From Gemmatimonadota bacterium (GTDB lineage: Bacteria; Gemmatimonadota; Gemmatimonadetes; Palauibacterales; Palauibacteraceae): a DNA stretch of 24,313 bases. A program made the translations under genes and the position numbers. Positions 7,603-16,943 of the stretch are shown here, one piece after another; position 1 is the first letter of the stretch; each line of letters opens with the position of its first letter. Under the pieces are notes generated by a model. The model did no database searches. It saw only the letters and a program-made list of their open reading frames with translations, and had not been told where the DNA came from. The stretch lies in the NCBI GenBank assembly GCA_039588275.1, contig JBDHAC010000076.1, forward strand, positions 1 to 24,313, written 5' to 3'.

Positions 7603-9687
7603 ATGTCGCTCGTTAGCTCGAAGCACCGCCCTGCCCCGCCGACCGCCGTCCGTCGTCACTCGTCGCTCGCGCTCGTCGCTGGATTCCTCGTTGCGGGCCT
7701 GCTCGGGGCCACCGGCTGCGCCTCGTCGGGAACGACCCCGGGAGGGAGCCCGGCCGACGCGAGCCCCGCGGGAGCGCCCGAGGCGGAAGCCGCTGTCCCC
7801 ACACCCAATCCGACCCCGGTGTGGGACATGATGCTGGAGAGCTCCGACCCCCGCGTCGGGCTCGAGCCGGGGGTGTTCGACGCCGAAGAGGCGATTTGGA
7901 ACCTGAAGGTGGTGTCGACGACGCCACCGCCGGAGGCGTTCGTCGGTTCCACGAACTCCGACCTCGCCTTCAAGGACAACTACGCGATCCAGGGCAACTA
8001 CGACGGGATCCAGGTGTGGGACATCTCGAACCCGAGCCAGCCGGAGCTGGTGGTCGGGTACGTATGTCCGGCCTCGCAGAGCGACGTCTCGGTGTACGAG
8101 AACCTCCTGTTCGTCTCGGGCGAGGGACTCGGCGGCCGGCTCGATTGCGGGACCGAGGGCGTCGAGGAGACGGTGAGCCACGATCGGCTGCGCGGGATCC
8201 GGATCTTCGACATCAGCGACATCCGGAACCCCGAGTACATCGCCAACGTGCAGACCTGCCGCGGCTCGCATACGCATTCCGTGCTCAAGGACCCGGACGA
8301 CGACGAGAACGTCTACATCTACGTCTCCGGCTCGGCGCCGGTGCGGCCGGCGGAGGAGCTGCCGGGCTGCTCGGGTCTGTCGCCTGAAGAGGACCCGAAT
8401 TCGGCCCTGTTCCGGATCGAGGTGATCCAGGTGCCGCTCGCCGCGCCTGAGCAGGCGGCGATCGTGAGCTCGCCGCGGATCTTCGACGACCTCGTCGCCC
8501 CGCCGACGCACGGCCTGGCGCCCGCCGATATCGCAGCGGTCGAGGAGGCGAAGGCGCGCGGGGCGTTCGTGGTCGACATCCTCGGCCAGCCGCAGGTGGT
8601 GCCCGAGCGGTTCACGGCCTCCAGGCTCGAGAGGATCGTGGCGGCGCGTGGCGGAACCGGCGAGCCCACCGCCGCCGACAGCGCCGAGCTGCAGGCCCAA
8701 CTCGAAGAGATGGTCGCCCGCAGGATCGCCCAGCGCCCGGACGGCCCACGGCCCGGACCCACCCAGTGCCACGACATCACCCTTTACCCGGCCCTCGGTC
8801 TGGCGGGCGGCGCCTGCGAGGGGTACGGGCTGCTGCTCGATATCCGTGATCCCGTCAACCCGACGCGTTTGAGCGCGGTGAGCGACTCGAACTTCTCCTA
8901 CTGGCACTCGGCCACGTTCAACAACGATGGCTCGCAGATCCTGTTCACGGACGAGTGGGGCGGCGGCGGTGGACCGAAGTGCCGCGCCACCGACCCGAAG
9001 GAGTGGGGCGCGAACGCCATCTTCACTGTCGAGGGCCAGGAGATGGAGTTCAAGAGCTACTACAAGCTCCCGGCCCCGCAGACGCCCGAGGAGAATTGCG
9101 TCGCGCACAACGGCTCGCTGATCCCCATCCCCGGACGCGACGTGATGGTACAGGGCTGGTACCAGGGCGGGATCTCGATCTTCGATTGGACCGACGCCGC
9201 GAACCCGGTCGAGATCGCCTACCACGACCGCGGCCCGCTGGACGCGGACCGGATGCAGTTCGGCGGGAGCTGGTCGGTCTACTGGTACAACGGCGTGATC
9301 GTAAGCTCCGAGATCGCGCGCGGGCTGGACATCTTCGAGCTCGTCCCGAGCGAATACCTGTCGCAGAACGAAATCGACGCGGCCAAGTCGGTCACGCTCG
9401 ACTACCTGAACGCGCAGGGGCAGCCGCAGTTCGTGTGGCCGGCCACGTTCTCGCTGGCGCGGGCGTACGTCGACCAGCTCGAGCGCACGAACGGGCTCTC
9501 TGCCGACCAGATCTCGGGCGTGCGCCAGGGATTGGCCGACGCGGAGGCCGCTTCGGAGGCGGAACGGGGTGAGATGCTGACCACGATGGCAGCGCATCTC
9601 CGCGAGCTGGTGTCGGGATCGAGCGACCAGGGGAAGGTGCGGAGGCTGGCGGGAGCTGTGCGGGACCTGGCCGGGGCGCAGGGCTGA
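7603..9687 (+). CDS. LVIVD-repeat-type beta-propeller lipoprotein
   Basis: NSDLAF, GNYDGIQVWDISNP, GIRIFDISDIRNP, QTCRGSHTH, QCHDIT, YWHSATF, ENCVAHNGS; lipobox ATGC; ATG 7603 after GAGGA. Confidence 0.85.
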   Translation: MSLVSSKHRPAPPTAVRRHSSLALVAGFLVAGLLGATGCASSGTTPGGSPADASPAGAPEAEAAVPTPNPTPVWDMMLESSDPRVGLEPGVFDAEEAIWNLKVVSTTPPPEAFVGSTNSDLAFKDNYAIQGNYDGIQVWDISNPSQPELVVGYVCPASQSDVSVYENLLFVSGEGLGGRLDCGTEGVEETVSHDRLRGIRIFDISDIRNPEYIANVQTCRGSHTHSVLKDPDDDENVYIYVSGSAPVRPAEELPGCSGLSPEEDPNSALFRIEVIQVPLAAPEQAAIVSSPRIFDDLVAPPTHGLAPADIAAVEEAKARGAFVVDILGQPQVVPERFTASRLERIVAARGGTGEPTAADSAELQAQLEEMVARRIAQRPDGPRPGPTQCHDITLYPALGLAGGACEGYGLLLDIRDPVNPTRLSAVSDSNFSYWHSATFNNDGSQILFTDEWGGGGGPKCRATDPKEWGANAIFTVEGQEMEFKSYYKLPAPQTPEENCVAHNGSLIPIPGRDVMVQGWYQGGISIFDWTDAANPVEIAYHDRGPLDADRMQFGGSWSVYWYNGVIVSSEIARGLDIFELVPSEYLSQNEIDAAKSVTLDYLNAQGQPQFVWPATFSLARAYVDQLERTNGLSADQISGVRQGLADAEAASEAERGEMLTTMAAHLRELVSGSSDQGKVRRLAGAVRDLAGAQG

Positions 9688-9718
9688 GGGGTAGCGAAGG
9701 AACGCGATTCCTGGGAGT

Positions 9719-9748
9719 GCCTCGGGGGAGCTTCGGTTTCCCCGGGGC
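9719..9748 (+). terminator. Stable cUUCGg hairpin between convergent genes (3' end or terminator of the DUF305-LVIVD transcript)
   Basis: GCCTCGGGGGAGC-TTCG-GTTTCCCCGGGGC: 13-bp stem whose G-U pairs form only on the + strand; no U-tract. Confidence 0.55.
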
Positions 9749-9762
9749 GGTAATCGGGGTGA

Positions 9763-9975
9763 CTAGGCCGCCACCTCCACGTAAGTGGCGTACGAGGTAG
9801 GACTGGGAACGGACTCGCCATCCTCCCGCATGGTCTCGAGATGCAGCTCGATAGCCCCCCGCATCTCCGATTCCACCGCTTCCCGTGAAGCTCCCGTGGC
9901 CACGCATCCGGGGAGATCCGGGGAGTACGCCGAGTAGCCGGTCCCGGTCTGTTCGACGATGACGAGATAGCGCAT
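9763..9975 (-). CDS. hicB: HicB family antitoxin, short form without DNA-binding domain
   Basis: YLVIVE...YSAYSPDLPGCVATG.SREAV...EDGESVPSP; ATG overlaps the hicA stop (TGATG); alternative GTG at 9978. Confidence 0.92.
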   Translation of the reverse strand: MRYLVIVEQTGTGYSAYSPDLPGCVATGASREAVESEMRGAIELHLETMREDGESVPSPTSYATYVEVAA

Positions 9976-10163
9976 CACTTCATCCCTGCCTGCTTCAGGA
10001 TGCTCTTCAGTGTGCCAGGAGCCAGCTCATCGCCGGGCTTGCCGGCCACGGTCACCACCCCGGGTTTTTCCCGGTGCTTGTATTGTCGGTGACTCCCCCG
10101 CGTTCGCGCCAGATACCACCCATCCCGCTCGAGCATTCGGATCACTTCCCGGACCGTCGACAT
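9975..10163 (-). CDS. hicA: HicA family mRNA interferase toxin
   Basis: VREVIRMLERDGW...RGSHRQYKH...GTLKSILKQAG with the catalytic His of GSH intact. Confidence 0.93.
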   Translation of the reverse strand: MSTVREVIRMLERDGWYLARTRGSHRQYKHREKPGVVTVAGKPGDELAPGTLKSILKQAGMK

Positions 10164-10264
10164 GAGCCAAGGTCCGCGGGCGGATCATCAGTCTTTCAAC
10201 GAGACCGCGCTCCACGAAACACGGTGCGCTAGGCAACCTGAGGGCCCGGTTCACGCGCGCGACG

Positions 10265-11974
10265 TCAGAACACCAATCCCCACAGGGTCCTGAACGGGAG
10301 CCAGTCGCGGTCGATCGCGAAGTAGAGCCCCACTAGGATCGCACCGAAGCCGGCGATGGCGTAGACCCAACCCTTGAACACCAGCCACTTGAACGTCTTG
10401 GGACCCCACGCTTTCAACCTGTGGAAGGCGAGGAGGCCCTCTTCGCCCGAGAATGCGACTTCGAGAATCTTCGCCCCGACCTCCCGGTCCTTCCAGTACT
10501 GCACGTGCGCGTACCCCGGGATGCGCAGCCGTCCCCGCGTGTGGATGTTCGTCGCCGTGTCAGCGCCGAAGAGGTTGATCGGGCCGCTGACGTAATCACC
10601 GCCGTAGAAGAAGTTGAGCCAGAACGGCACCTCGAACGTTCCGACCGACCCGTCCGACTTGCGAGCGCCGACGGTGCGAGGCGGTGGCAGATGGGTCCAC
10701 TGGCGGAGCACGCCGTTGTGCTTCACATGGCGATCGTCCGAATCGTCCTCCTTGACCTTGTCCCGATCGGAGTACAGGAAGGCGATCTTGTCCAGCGGCG
10801 AGCCGAGCGTCACGAAATGGCGTAGCCCGGAGAAGATCCTCTCGGCGTTGCGTTTCTTTGCGGTCAAGACATGCTGCGGCTCGAGCTCGGTCGGTTCGTC
10901 GCCCTGGCCGCCCGCAGCCTTCCAGGCCGCGGCGCGCGCGTCCAACTCCTCCCAGTACGCCTCGCTCACCTGTGAACACTTCTCGAAGATGTCGCCGATC
11001 ACGTTGTAGCTGATCACCGACCCGAGGCTGTGCCCTACCCAGACCACTTCATCGAAGCGGTGAGGCACTCCGCCGATCGTGAGCATGGCGTTTCTGGCCG
11101 GCTCGCCGGGGCGCGGATCGCGCGGCAAGTCGTCCAGTTCCCAGTCGCAGCCGAACAGGCGAAGACACTCCTCGCCGATTCGGTGGTCGATGAGCTGGAC
11201 CGTCTCGAGCGGAGCGTCGCCCTTCGGTTCCAGGTACGCGCGTGCATCGTTCACGTACCCGGTCATGAAATGTCGGAAGCGCTTCGAGATCAGGATGATG
11301 AGACCGGCCAGGAGCAGGAACAGGGTCAGGAACGCGTAGAACAGCTTCAGCCCCCAACTGCCGCGCATGATGAGCCGGAAGCCCATCTTGGCCAGCCACC
11401 GCCAGCTGGCGAACCCGCGCGTCGCCATCGTCCGCCACGCGAGCGTGAAAAACTCCTTCTCCCGCGGGCCCAGGGTGGCGACGTCGTCGGGGTCCAGCCA
11501 TTCCAGGTCTTCGTAATTGGCCCAGTAGCCCTCGAAGATGTACGGCTCGGGAACGATCCAGGCGTTCTCGCTTCCGTCCAGGTCCGGCTGCAGGGCGGCC
11601 ACCGCCCGTTCCATGAGGACCCTCAGCTGAACGGCCGTCTCGGTGTCCTTCTGCTCTCCGATCCCGTGGACGACCATCAGGGCGCGCGTGCGGAACGGAT
11701 TCGGGACGTCCTGGTGGCCGAGGCGGATCTGGTCCGGTATCCGTCGGAAGCGCCATTGGTAGCGCCTGAGGTCGCGATCGAAGGCCGGGGGTCTGCCCGG
11801 CTTGTCGGGCAGGTCAGCCGGACCGGGTGCTGATGGCGGAGCAACCGGCGGCACAGAAGCCGCCGGCGATGGGGGAACGGACGGAGTGCCCGGGGTGCCT
11901 GGAGCGGACGGCGCGGACGGCGCGGGAGTTGGCGACGGCGACGGGTCCGGATCGTTATGCGGGGGATGGACCAT
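10265..11974 (-). CDS. Membrane-anchored alpha/beta-hydrolase-like protein with Pro-rich N-terminus
   Basis: VVHGIGEQ (oxyanion loop), VGHSLGS (nucleophile elbow), FVTLGSPL, WLNFF..GDYVSG, AHVQYW; two hydrophobic TM-like regions; ATG 11974 after GAGGAGGGAG (alternative start 12010). Confidence 0.75.
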   Translation of the reverse strand: MVHPPHNDPDPSPSPTPAPSAPSAPGTPGTPSVPPSPAASVPPVAPPSAPGPADLPDKPGRPPAFDRDLRRYQWRFRRIPDQIRLGHQDVPNPFRTRALMVVHGIGEQKDTETAVQLRVLMERAVAALQPDLDGSENAWIVPEPYIFEGYWANYEDLEWLDPDDVATLGPREKEFFTLAWRTMATRGFASWRWLAKMGFRLIMRGSWGLKLFYAFLTLFLLLAGLIILISKRFRHFMTGYVNDARAYLEPKGDAPLETVQLIDHRIGEECLRLFGCDWELDDLPRDPRPGEPARNAMLTIGGVPHRFDEVVWVGHSLGSVISYNVIGDIFEKCSQVSEAYWEELDARAAAWKAAGGQGDEPTELEPQHVLTAKKRNAERIFSGLRHFVTLGSPLDKIAFLYSDRDKVKEDDSDDRHVKHNGVLRQWTHLPPPRTVGARKSDGSVGTFEVPFWLNFFYGGDYVSGPINLFGADTATNIHTRGRLRIPGYAHVQYWKDREVGAKILEVAFSGEEGLLAFHRLKAWGPKTFKWLVFKGWVYAIAGFGAILVGLYFAIDRDWLPFRTLWGLVF

Positions 11975-12102
11975 CGGATGCTCCCTCCTCGAGCGACGGG
12001 CAGCCACCATTCTTTAAGATGCCATGAATCCGGGAAACATGACATCGGGGACCACTTCCCCTTCGGACCGGCTCCGGGTCGGCCCCAGAAAGGCTCGGCC
12101 GG

Positions 12103-12132
12103 TTGCATGCCTCGACTCGCGCTACCTAACCT
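12103..12132 (+). promoter_or_regulatory. Putative promoter for a leaderless transcript
   Basis: TTGCAT, 18 bp, TAACCT, 6 nt, then ATG 12139 with no SD; spacer sequence is conserved at 19510-19544. Confidence 0.55.
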
Positions 12133-12138
12133 TCACCC

Positions 12139-12510
12139 ATGGCGCTCGTCGCTGTGGTACTCAGCCTTTGCGTCGCGGCCCTGGGGGCGCTCGGCCTCCT
12201 CGCCCCCCAGCGCCTGGTGCGCATCGTCCGATCCTTCGAGACTCCGGTCGGGCTGTACGCTACGGCCGCGGTCCGCCTCGTCTTCGGTGCCGCACTCGTC
12301 TTCGCGGCTTCCGGCTCGCGCGCTCCCCTGACCATCTGGATCCTCGGGATGGTCATCTTCATCGCGGGTCTCATCCTGCCCGTGGTGGGGCTCGAGCGTT
12401 TACGCCGCCTCATGGACTGGTGGTTGGCCAGGGGACCCGTCTTCGCACGCGTCTGGGGAGCCGTCGCCCTCGTGTTCGGCCTGTTGCTGGCGTACGCCGT
12501 AGCGCCATGA
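12139..12510 (+). CDS. Small 4-TM membrane protein, copy 1
   Basis: Four hydrophobic segments; about two-thirds identical to 19628-20008 (manual alignment); ATGA overlap with the next gene. Confidence 0.85.
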   Translation: MALVAVVLSLCVAALGALGLLAPQRLVRIVRSFETPVGLYATAAVRLVFGAALVFAASGSRAPLTIWILGMVIFIAGLILPVVGLERLRRLMDWWLARGPVFARVWGAVALVFGLLLAYAVAP

Positions 12511-12887
12511 GGATTGCCGCCGGACTGCTTAGCCTCGTCCCCGCGCTGCTGTGTGTAGGCTGCGCGTCGGTCGAGACGGAGGAGGGCCAAGCCGAGACGG
12601 AAGAGGGACCCGCCGCACAATTCCAGGTAACGGTCGAGAACAACACGGACTGGCCCGTCGTGGTTCGTATCGCCGGGCTACTGATCGGTGAGGCCCAGCC
12701 CACGGGCACTAGCAGCTTCACCGCGTCACGGCGGTCGATCGCGGGTCGCCGGGTCTCGGTGTGCGTGGACCCGATCGGATCATCTCGCAGGCGGTGTCAC
12801 CCGGGGCAGTTCGTGGTTCCCCGACTCGTGCAGAAGATCACGATTACGGTCCCTCGGACAGGTCAGATACGCGTGTCCGCGCTGTAA
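12507..12887 (+). CDS. Small lipoprotein, copy 1
   Basis: MRIAAGLLSLVPALLCVGC lipobox; shares NNTDWPV, IAGRRVSVCVDPIG.SRRRC and GQIRVSAL with 20016-20393. Real start is the internal ATG of ORF 12024..12887. Confidence 0.85.
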   Translation: MRIAAGLLSLVPALLCVGCASVETEEGQAETEEGPAAQFQVTVENNTDWPVVVRIAGLLIGEAQPTGTSSFTASRRSIAGRRVSVCVDPIGSSRRRCHPGQFVVPRLVQKITITVPRTGQIRVSAL

Positions 12888-12899
12888 GGGGAAGGCACA

Positions 12900-15299
12900 T
12901 TGCCTGTGGATCTCGAGCGCCTACGGGGCGTTCTAGCCGATCGCTACGAAGTCCTGGACGAGCTGGGGCGCGGTGGGATGGCCGCCGTGTACCTCGCCCG
13001 GGACCTCAGGCACGAGCGTCGCGTCGCCCTCAAAGTGATGCGTCCCGAGATCGCGGCCTCGCTCGGGGCCGAGCGGTTCCTGAAGGAGATCCGGATCTCG
13101 GCCAATCTCGCGCATCCGAATATCCTGCCGCTCCTCCTGTTCTTCGTGATGCCCTACCTGGAGGACGGTTCTCTGCGGGCGCTTTTGCGACGGGATCGTC
13201 AGCTCCCTCTGAAGGACGCGCTTCGCATCACGAGCCAGGTGGCCGACGCGCTGGAGTACGCGCACGCTCGGGGCATCATGCACAGAGACATCAAGCCGGA
13301 GAACATCCTGTTCGAAGCAGGCCATGCGATCGTCGCCGATTTCGGCATCGCGCGCGCGATCAGGGCCGCGGATGAGGCGCGACTGACGGAGACCGGTCTC
13401 GCCGTCGGGTCCCCCGCCTACATGAGCCCCGAACAGGCCGAAGGCAGAGGAGATGTCGATGTGCGCACCGACATCTACTCGCTGGGCTGCGTGCTGTACG
13501 AAATGCTGGCGGGCGAGCCACCGTTCATGGGGACGTCTCCGTCGATGATCATCGCCCGCAAGATGACGGGTGTCGTGCCACCGCTGCGGGTGGCGAGAGA
13601 CTCGGTACCCGAAGCGCTCGAACGAACGGTCGAGAAGGCCGTCGCCAGATCTCCCATCGACCGGTTCGACAGTGCCCGGCAGTTCGCGGACGCACTCGTC
13701 GCCGGGCCCGCGCCGAGCGAGCGACGTGGCACGTTCGCCCGCGGTCTCAGGCATTCCATGGCGCCCGTGCTCGTCACCCTGGCGCTGATCGTGGGGGGCT
13801 GGTGGGTGTTCCAGACCTTTGTCAGGGACGCGGCGGGCGATGCGCTGGCCGCGATCGCAACGGCGACGTTTCTGGACTCCGTGGCCGTTCTGCCGGTAGA
13901 GAATCGGACGGGCGACGCGGCGTTGGACAACGTCGGGGCAGCCCTTTCCGAGGGTATGGCCGGCGAGCTCAAGCGTCTCGGGCGAATCAAGGTCACGGAT
14001 CCCTACTCTGTCCGACATTTCGTGGAGGCAGACCTCAGTCCGGGCGAGCTGGCCGACTCGCTGGGTGTCGAGAAGCTGGTGCGCGGATCGCTCTATCGAG
14101 ATTCCGCGAGGACGTGGGTCAACGTGGTCACGACCGAGGGAACGACGCGCACTCTGCTCTGGCAGGAGACCTACGAGCTAGACTACGCCGATGCGTATGG
14201 GTCGGCGGGCGACATCGCCCTGGCCTTCGGGGAAGATTACGCGGCCAATGCGCCGGCTCTGGCCTACGCGATCGAGTTGAGCCACCCCGCCCACACCTCG
14301 GGCCAGGAGGCGTATCTGCTCGGCAAGACCTGGCTCGGGAGACGGACCAGCGAGGGCCTGGCCCTTGCGCGAGACATGTTCCGTCAGGCGATCACGCTCG
14401 ACCCGGAGTACGGCGAGGCCTTCGCCGGTCTCTCGAAGGCCCACGCGCTGACGCTGGCCTACCGATATCGATCCGATGTCGATGGGTATCGTGCCGCGGG
14501 GCTCGCGCTCGGGCTGGCGAGCCGTGCCATCGAGCTGGAGCCGGGGGACGCCAGCGGATACTCCGCTCGTGGATACATCGCGACCCGCTCCTATGCGCCT
14601 CCCGAGGAAGTCGCGCCCGATTGTGAGCGGGCCATCGAGCTAGCGCCTGGTGCCCCCGAGGGTCTCAGCTGGTGTGCCCGGGTGCTGTATCAGACGGGAC
14701 AGGTCGACGCCGGTTTCATCGCTGCCGAGAAGGCGATCGAGATCGACCCGAAAAACGCGGGGCGTCGGCTCGCGCTCGCGTACGAGGCGTTGGCCCTCGG
14801 CCGTTATGATCGGGCCATCGAGGAGGCCCGGGCGGCGAGGGCGATCCAGCCGGAACTCATGCTGCCGCGCGCGATCGAGGCGCGTGCATTGCTCCTGAGC
14901 GGGGCGCCGGATGACTGCATCCGTATGGACCTAGGACCCCATGAGGGGATCCGGGCGATGTGCCTGCACGCGCTCGGCCAGCGGGACCAAGCCGCCGCGA
15001 TCGTGGACTCGATCGCCGTAGACCTCAGCTTTCCCGCGCTCGACGACACCCTCTACTCGGCGGTCCTTCGCGCCGAGGACCTGTCTACGTATTACGCCTG
15101 GACCGGAGATGCGGAGCTGGCGTTGGCATGGCTCGAGTATGCCTTCGAGCGCTCACCCAGCGGGGTGGAGGCGCGAGTGCTGGAGTCCGCCCTGTTCGCG
15201 AGGGTCGCGGAGGATCAGGTGTTCCGAGAAGCGATCGACACCATGCGTGCCAGCGTGTGGGCGCGCGTCAAGCGGGAGAGCACGACGGCGCTACCGTAG
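12900..15299 (+). CDS. Hanks-type Ser/Thr kinase with TM segment, TolB-like domain and TPRs (short in-frame gap in the N-lobe)
   Basis: LGRGGMAAVY, VALK, HRDIKPEN, DFG, GSPAYMSPE, DIYSLG; TM PVLVTLALIVGGWWVF; SVAVLPVEN; TPR-like AITLDPEYGEA and AIELEPGDA; TTG start after GGAAGG. Confidence 0.92.
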   Translation: MPVDLERLRGVLADRYEVLDELGRGGMAAVYLARDLRHERRVALKVMRPEIAASLGAERFLKEIRISANLAHPNILPLLLFFVMPYLEDGSLRALLRRDRQLPLKDALRITSQVADALEYAHARGIMHRDIKPENILFEAGHAIVADFGIARAIRAADEARLTETGLAVGSPAYMSPEQAEGRGDVDVRTDIYSLGCVLYEMLAGEPPFMGTSPSMIIARKMTGVVPPLRVARDSVPEALERTVEKAVARSPIDRFDSARQFADALVAGPAPSERRGTFARGLRHSMAPVLVTLALIVGGWWVFQTFVRDAAGDALAAIATATFLDSVAVLPVENRTGDAALDNVGAALSEGMAGELKRLGRIKVTDPYSVRHFVEADLSPGELADSLGVEKLVRGSLYRDSARTWVNVVTTEGTTRTLLWQETYELDYADAYGSAGDIALAFGEDYAANAPALAYAIELSHPAHTSGQEAYLLGKTWLGRRTSEGLALARDMFRQAITLDPEYGEAFAGLSKAHALTLAYRYRSDVDGYRAAGLALGLASRAIELEPGDASGYSARGYIATRSYAPPEEVAPDCERAIELAPGAPEGLSWCARVLYQTGQVDAGFIAAEKAIEIDPKNAGRRLALAYEALALGRYDRAIEEARAARAIQPELMLPRAIEARALLLSGAPDDCIRMDLGPHEGIRAMCLHALGQRDQAAAIVDSIAVDLSFPALDDTLYSAVLRAEDLSTYYAWTGDAELALAWLEYAFERSPSGVEARVLESALFARVAEDQVFREAIDTMRASVWARVKRESTTALP

Positions 15300-15452
15300 C
15301 TTCCGGGATCGGCCGGGCGCATGGCGCTCGTCCTTCTTGGCCACGGTCGCCGACCGGCGTGCGCAGGAGGAGCCAGCAGCTACCACGCGCTACGCCGGGA
15401 GGCACGGCTCCGCAACGCCGAGGATCCGCTCGCCTCCCGCCTCCAGGAACGC
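15252..15452. repeat. Direct repeat copy A of the kinase-kinase convergent junction
   Basis: Collinear with 16944-17146; contains the true end of kinase 1, the intergenic DNA and a kinase 2-like 3' remnant. Confidence 0.85.
15390..15452 (-). pseudogene. 3' remnant of a kinase 2 paralogue
   Basis: Translates AFLEAGGERILGVAEPCLPA* versus AFVEAGGKQILGVAEPHLPA* at the end of 17084-19420. Confidence 0.85.
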
Positions 15453-15653
15453 CGCTTATGCACGCACCTCCAGCGACGCGGCCTGTCATTCCCGCGACGC
15501 GTCCTGCCCCTCGACGGGAGGCGGCCTGCCTCTCCTGGGACGCGCCCGCCCCTTGTGTGACGCGCGACCGCAGACCGATTCATACGAAGGTCCCGTTAGC
15601 TGCCGCGCCGGCCGCGCGGTGTTCGACTCTCCTATTCTCGATGCGAGGGTGAC

Positions 15654-16169
15654 GTGAACTGGGAGGCCATAGGAGCCGTTGGAGAAATGTTGGGCGCCGC
15701 CGGTGTCATCGTGACGCTCATCTACCTGGCGCGTCAGATTAGTCAGAACACCAGGGCCACGAAGTCGTCGATGTCGCACTCGATCGCCAGCGCCGCACGG
15801 GATTGGAACCGGCCTCTCCTGCAGGACCCCGATCTGGCGTGGACCTTCCAGGTGGGCACCGAAGATCCGACCCAGCTCGACGAGAAGGAGCAGGCGCGGT
15901 TCGTCGAGCTGTGTTTCTCCCTGCTCCGTATGTTCGAAGACGCGCACTACCAGTACAACCATGGGGCCCTCGACCCGGACGTGTGGAAGGGCTACGAGAA
16001 GCTGTATGCCGCGTACGCCAAAGCCCCGGGCTTTCAAGCGTACTGGGAGGCGCGAAAGGACACCTTTCGCCCGGAATTCCGCGATCTGATCGATGGGTAT
16101 GAGTCGCCTGATGTGCCCACGTGGGGCGCGTTGGGGGGCTTCCGAGGATCCGAGCGCGGGACCGAGTGA
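15654..16169 (+). CDS. Hypothetical protein with N-terminal membrane anchor (MNWEAIGA..E..GA..V..TL.YLA.QI family)
   Basis: 171-aa ORF, GTG after GAGGGT, N-terminal TM followed by a helical domain (W..Y...PGFQAYW). Confidence 0.8.
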   Translation: MNWEAIGAVGEMLGAAGVIVTLIYLARQISQNTRATKSSMSHSIASAARDWNRPLLQDPDLAWTFQVGTEDPTQLDEKEQARFVELCFSLLRMFEDAHYQYNHGALDPDVWKGYEKLYAAYAKAPGFQAYWEARKDTFRPEFRDLIDGYESPDVPTWGALGGFRGSERGTE

Positions 16170-16204
16170 ACCCATTCGTAGCGCCCACACGAGCTCCTCG
16201 CTCA

Positions 16205-16783
16205 TCAGCGGGCAAAGATCATCAAGAGCGGAAGCGTCGAGATTAGCGCCACGGTGCTGGTCAACACGCCCAAGGGGAGCTTGATCCCGAGCAAGACCCG
16301 CAAGCCCAGGATCGTCAGGATCACACTCCACAGTGCGGCGAGACCGTGGGTATACATCGTGATACCGACTTCAAAGCGGTCCAGTCCCACCAGCACCCAA
16401 TCGGTCACCATCAGGGGTGGCATGACGATCAGGTAGATCAACCCCCCAATCATCAGAATCCGGTCCATGTCACTCACCTGACCGGCCAATCGGATCCCCA
16501 GGTGGATGATGGCGGCCTGTAGCAGCCAGATACCGATGCGCAAAACGGGCAAGAAGAAGATCTCGGCCTGTAAGTATCGTTCAGTCGGCAAGAAAGTCAG
16601 GACCGATTCGAGCTGCGGCGCCCTCCCGAGGAGAACCTGCGACGTCGTGGTGGTCAGGGAGACCACGACGTTGATGATGAGTACGCACCAAAACGCCCAG
16701 TGCGGCGAGGTTTTCACCTCGAGTTGTCCGAACGCCGCAGCGGGTTGCGTGATCCCGGTCCACCAATATTGGATAAGGCTCAT
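16205..16783 (-). CDS. Yip1-like multi-pass membrane protein
   Basis: WWTGITQPAAAF N-terminal motif and about five TM segments; ATG 16783 after GGGAGA; visibly more AT-rich than the flanking kinases. Confidence 0.7.
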   Translation of the reverse strand: MSLIQYWWTGITQPAAAFGQLEVKTSPHWAFWCVLIINVVVSLTTTTSQVLLGRAPQLESVLTFLPTERYLQAEIFFLPVLRIGIWLLQAAIIHLGIRLAGQVSDMDRILMIGGLIYLIVMPPLMVTDWVLVGLDRFEVGITMYTHGLAALWSVILTILGLRVLLGIKLPLGVLTSTVALISTLPLLMIFAR

Positions 16784-16943
16784 GTTCTCCCCCGGGTGTT
16801 CGCGTGCGCCTGCTCGGCCCCTGGGCTGTGGAGGGCTATGGCTCGAACCATGTCCCTCGCGGAGGCGAACGGCCCGGATTCCTTGCTCGATTCGGGCTCG
16901 TCGTAACCCCACAGGATCGAAGTCAGATCTTCGATCAGCCGCG

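Noticed and set aside
10185..10196. TCAGTCTTTCA shared between the hicA upstream region and about 23645-23655
   Set aside because: Only 11 bp, at different distances from the starts, with no further similarity; could be chance.
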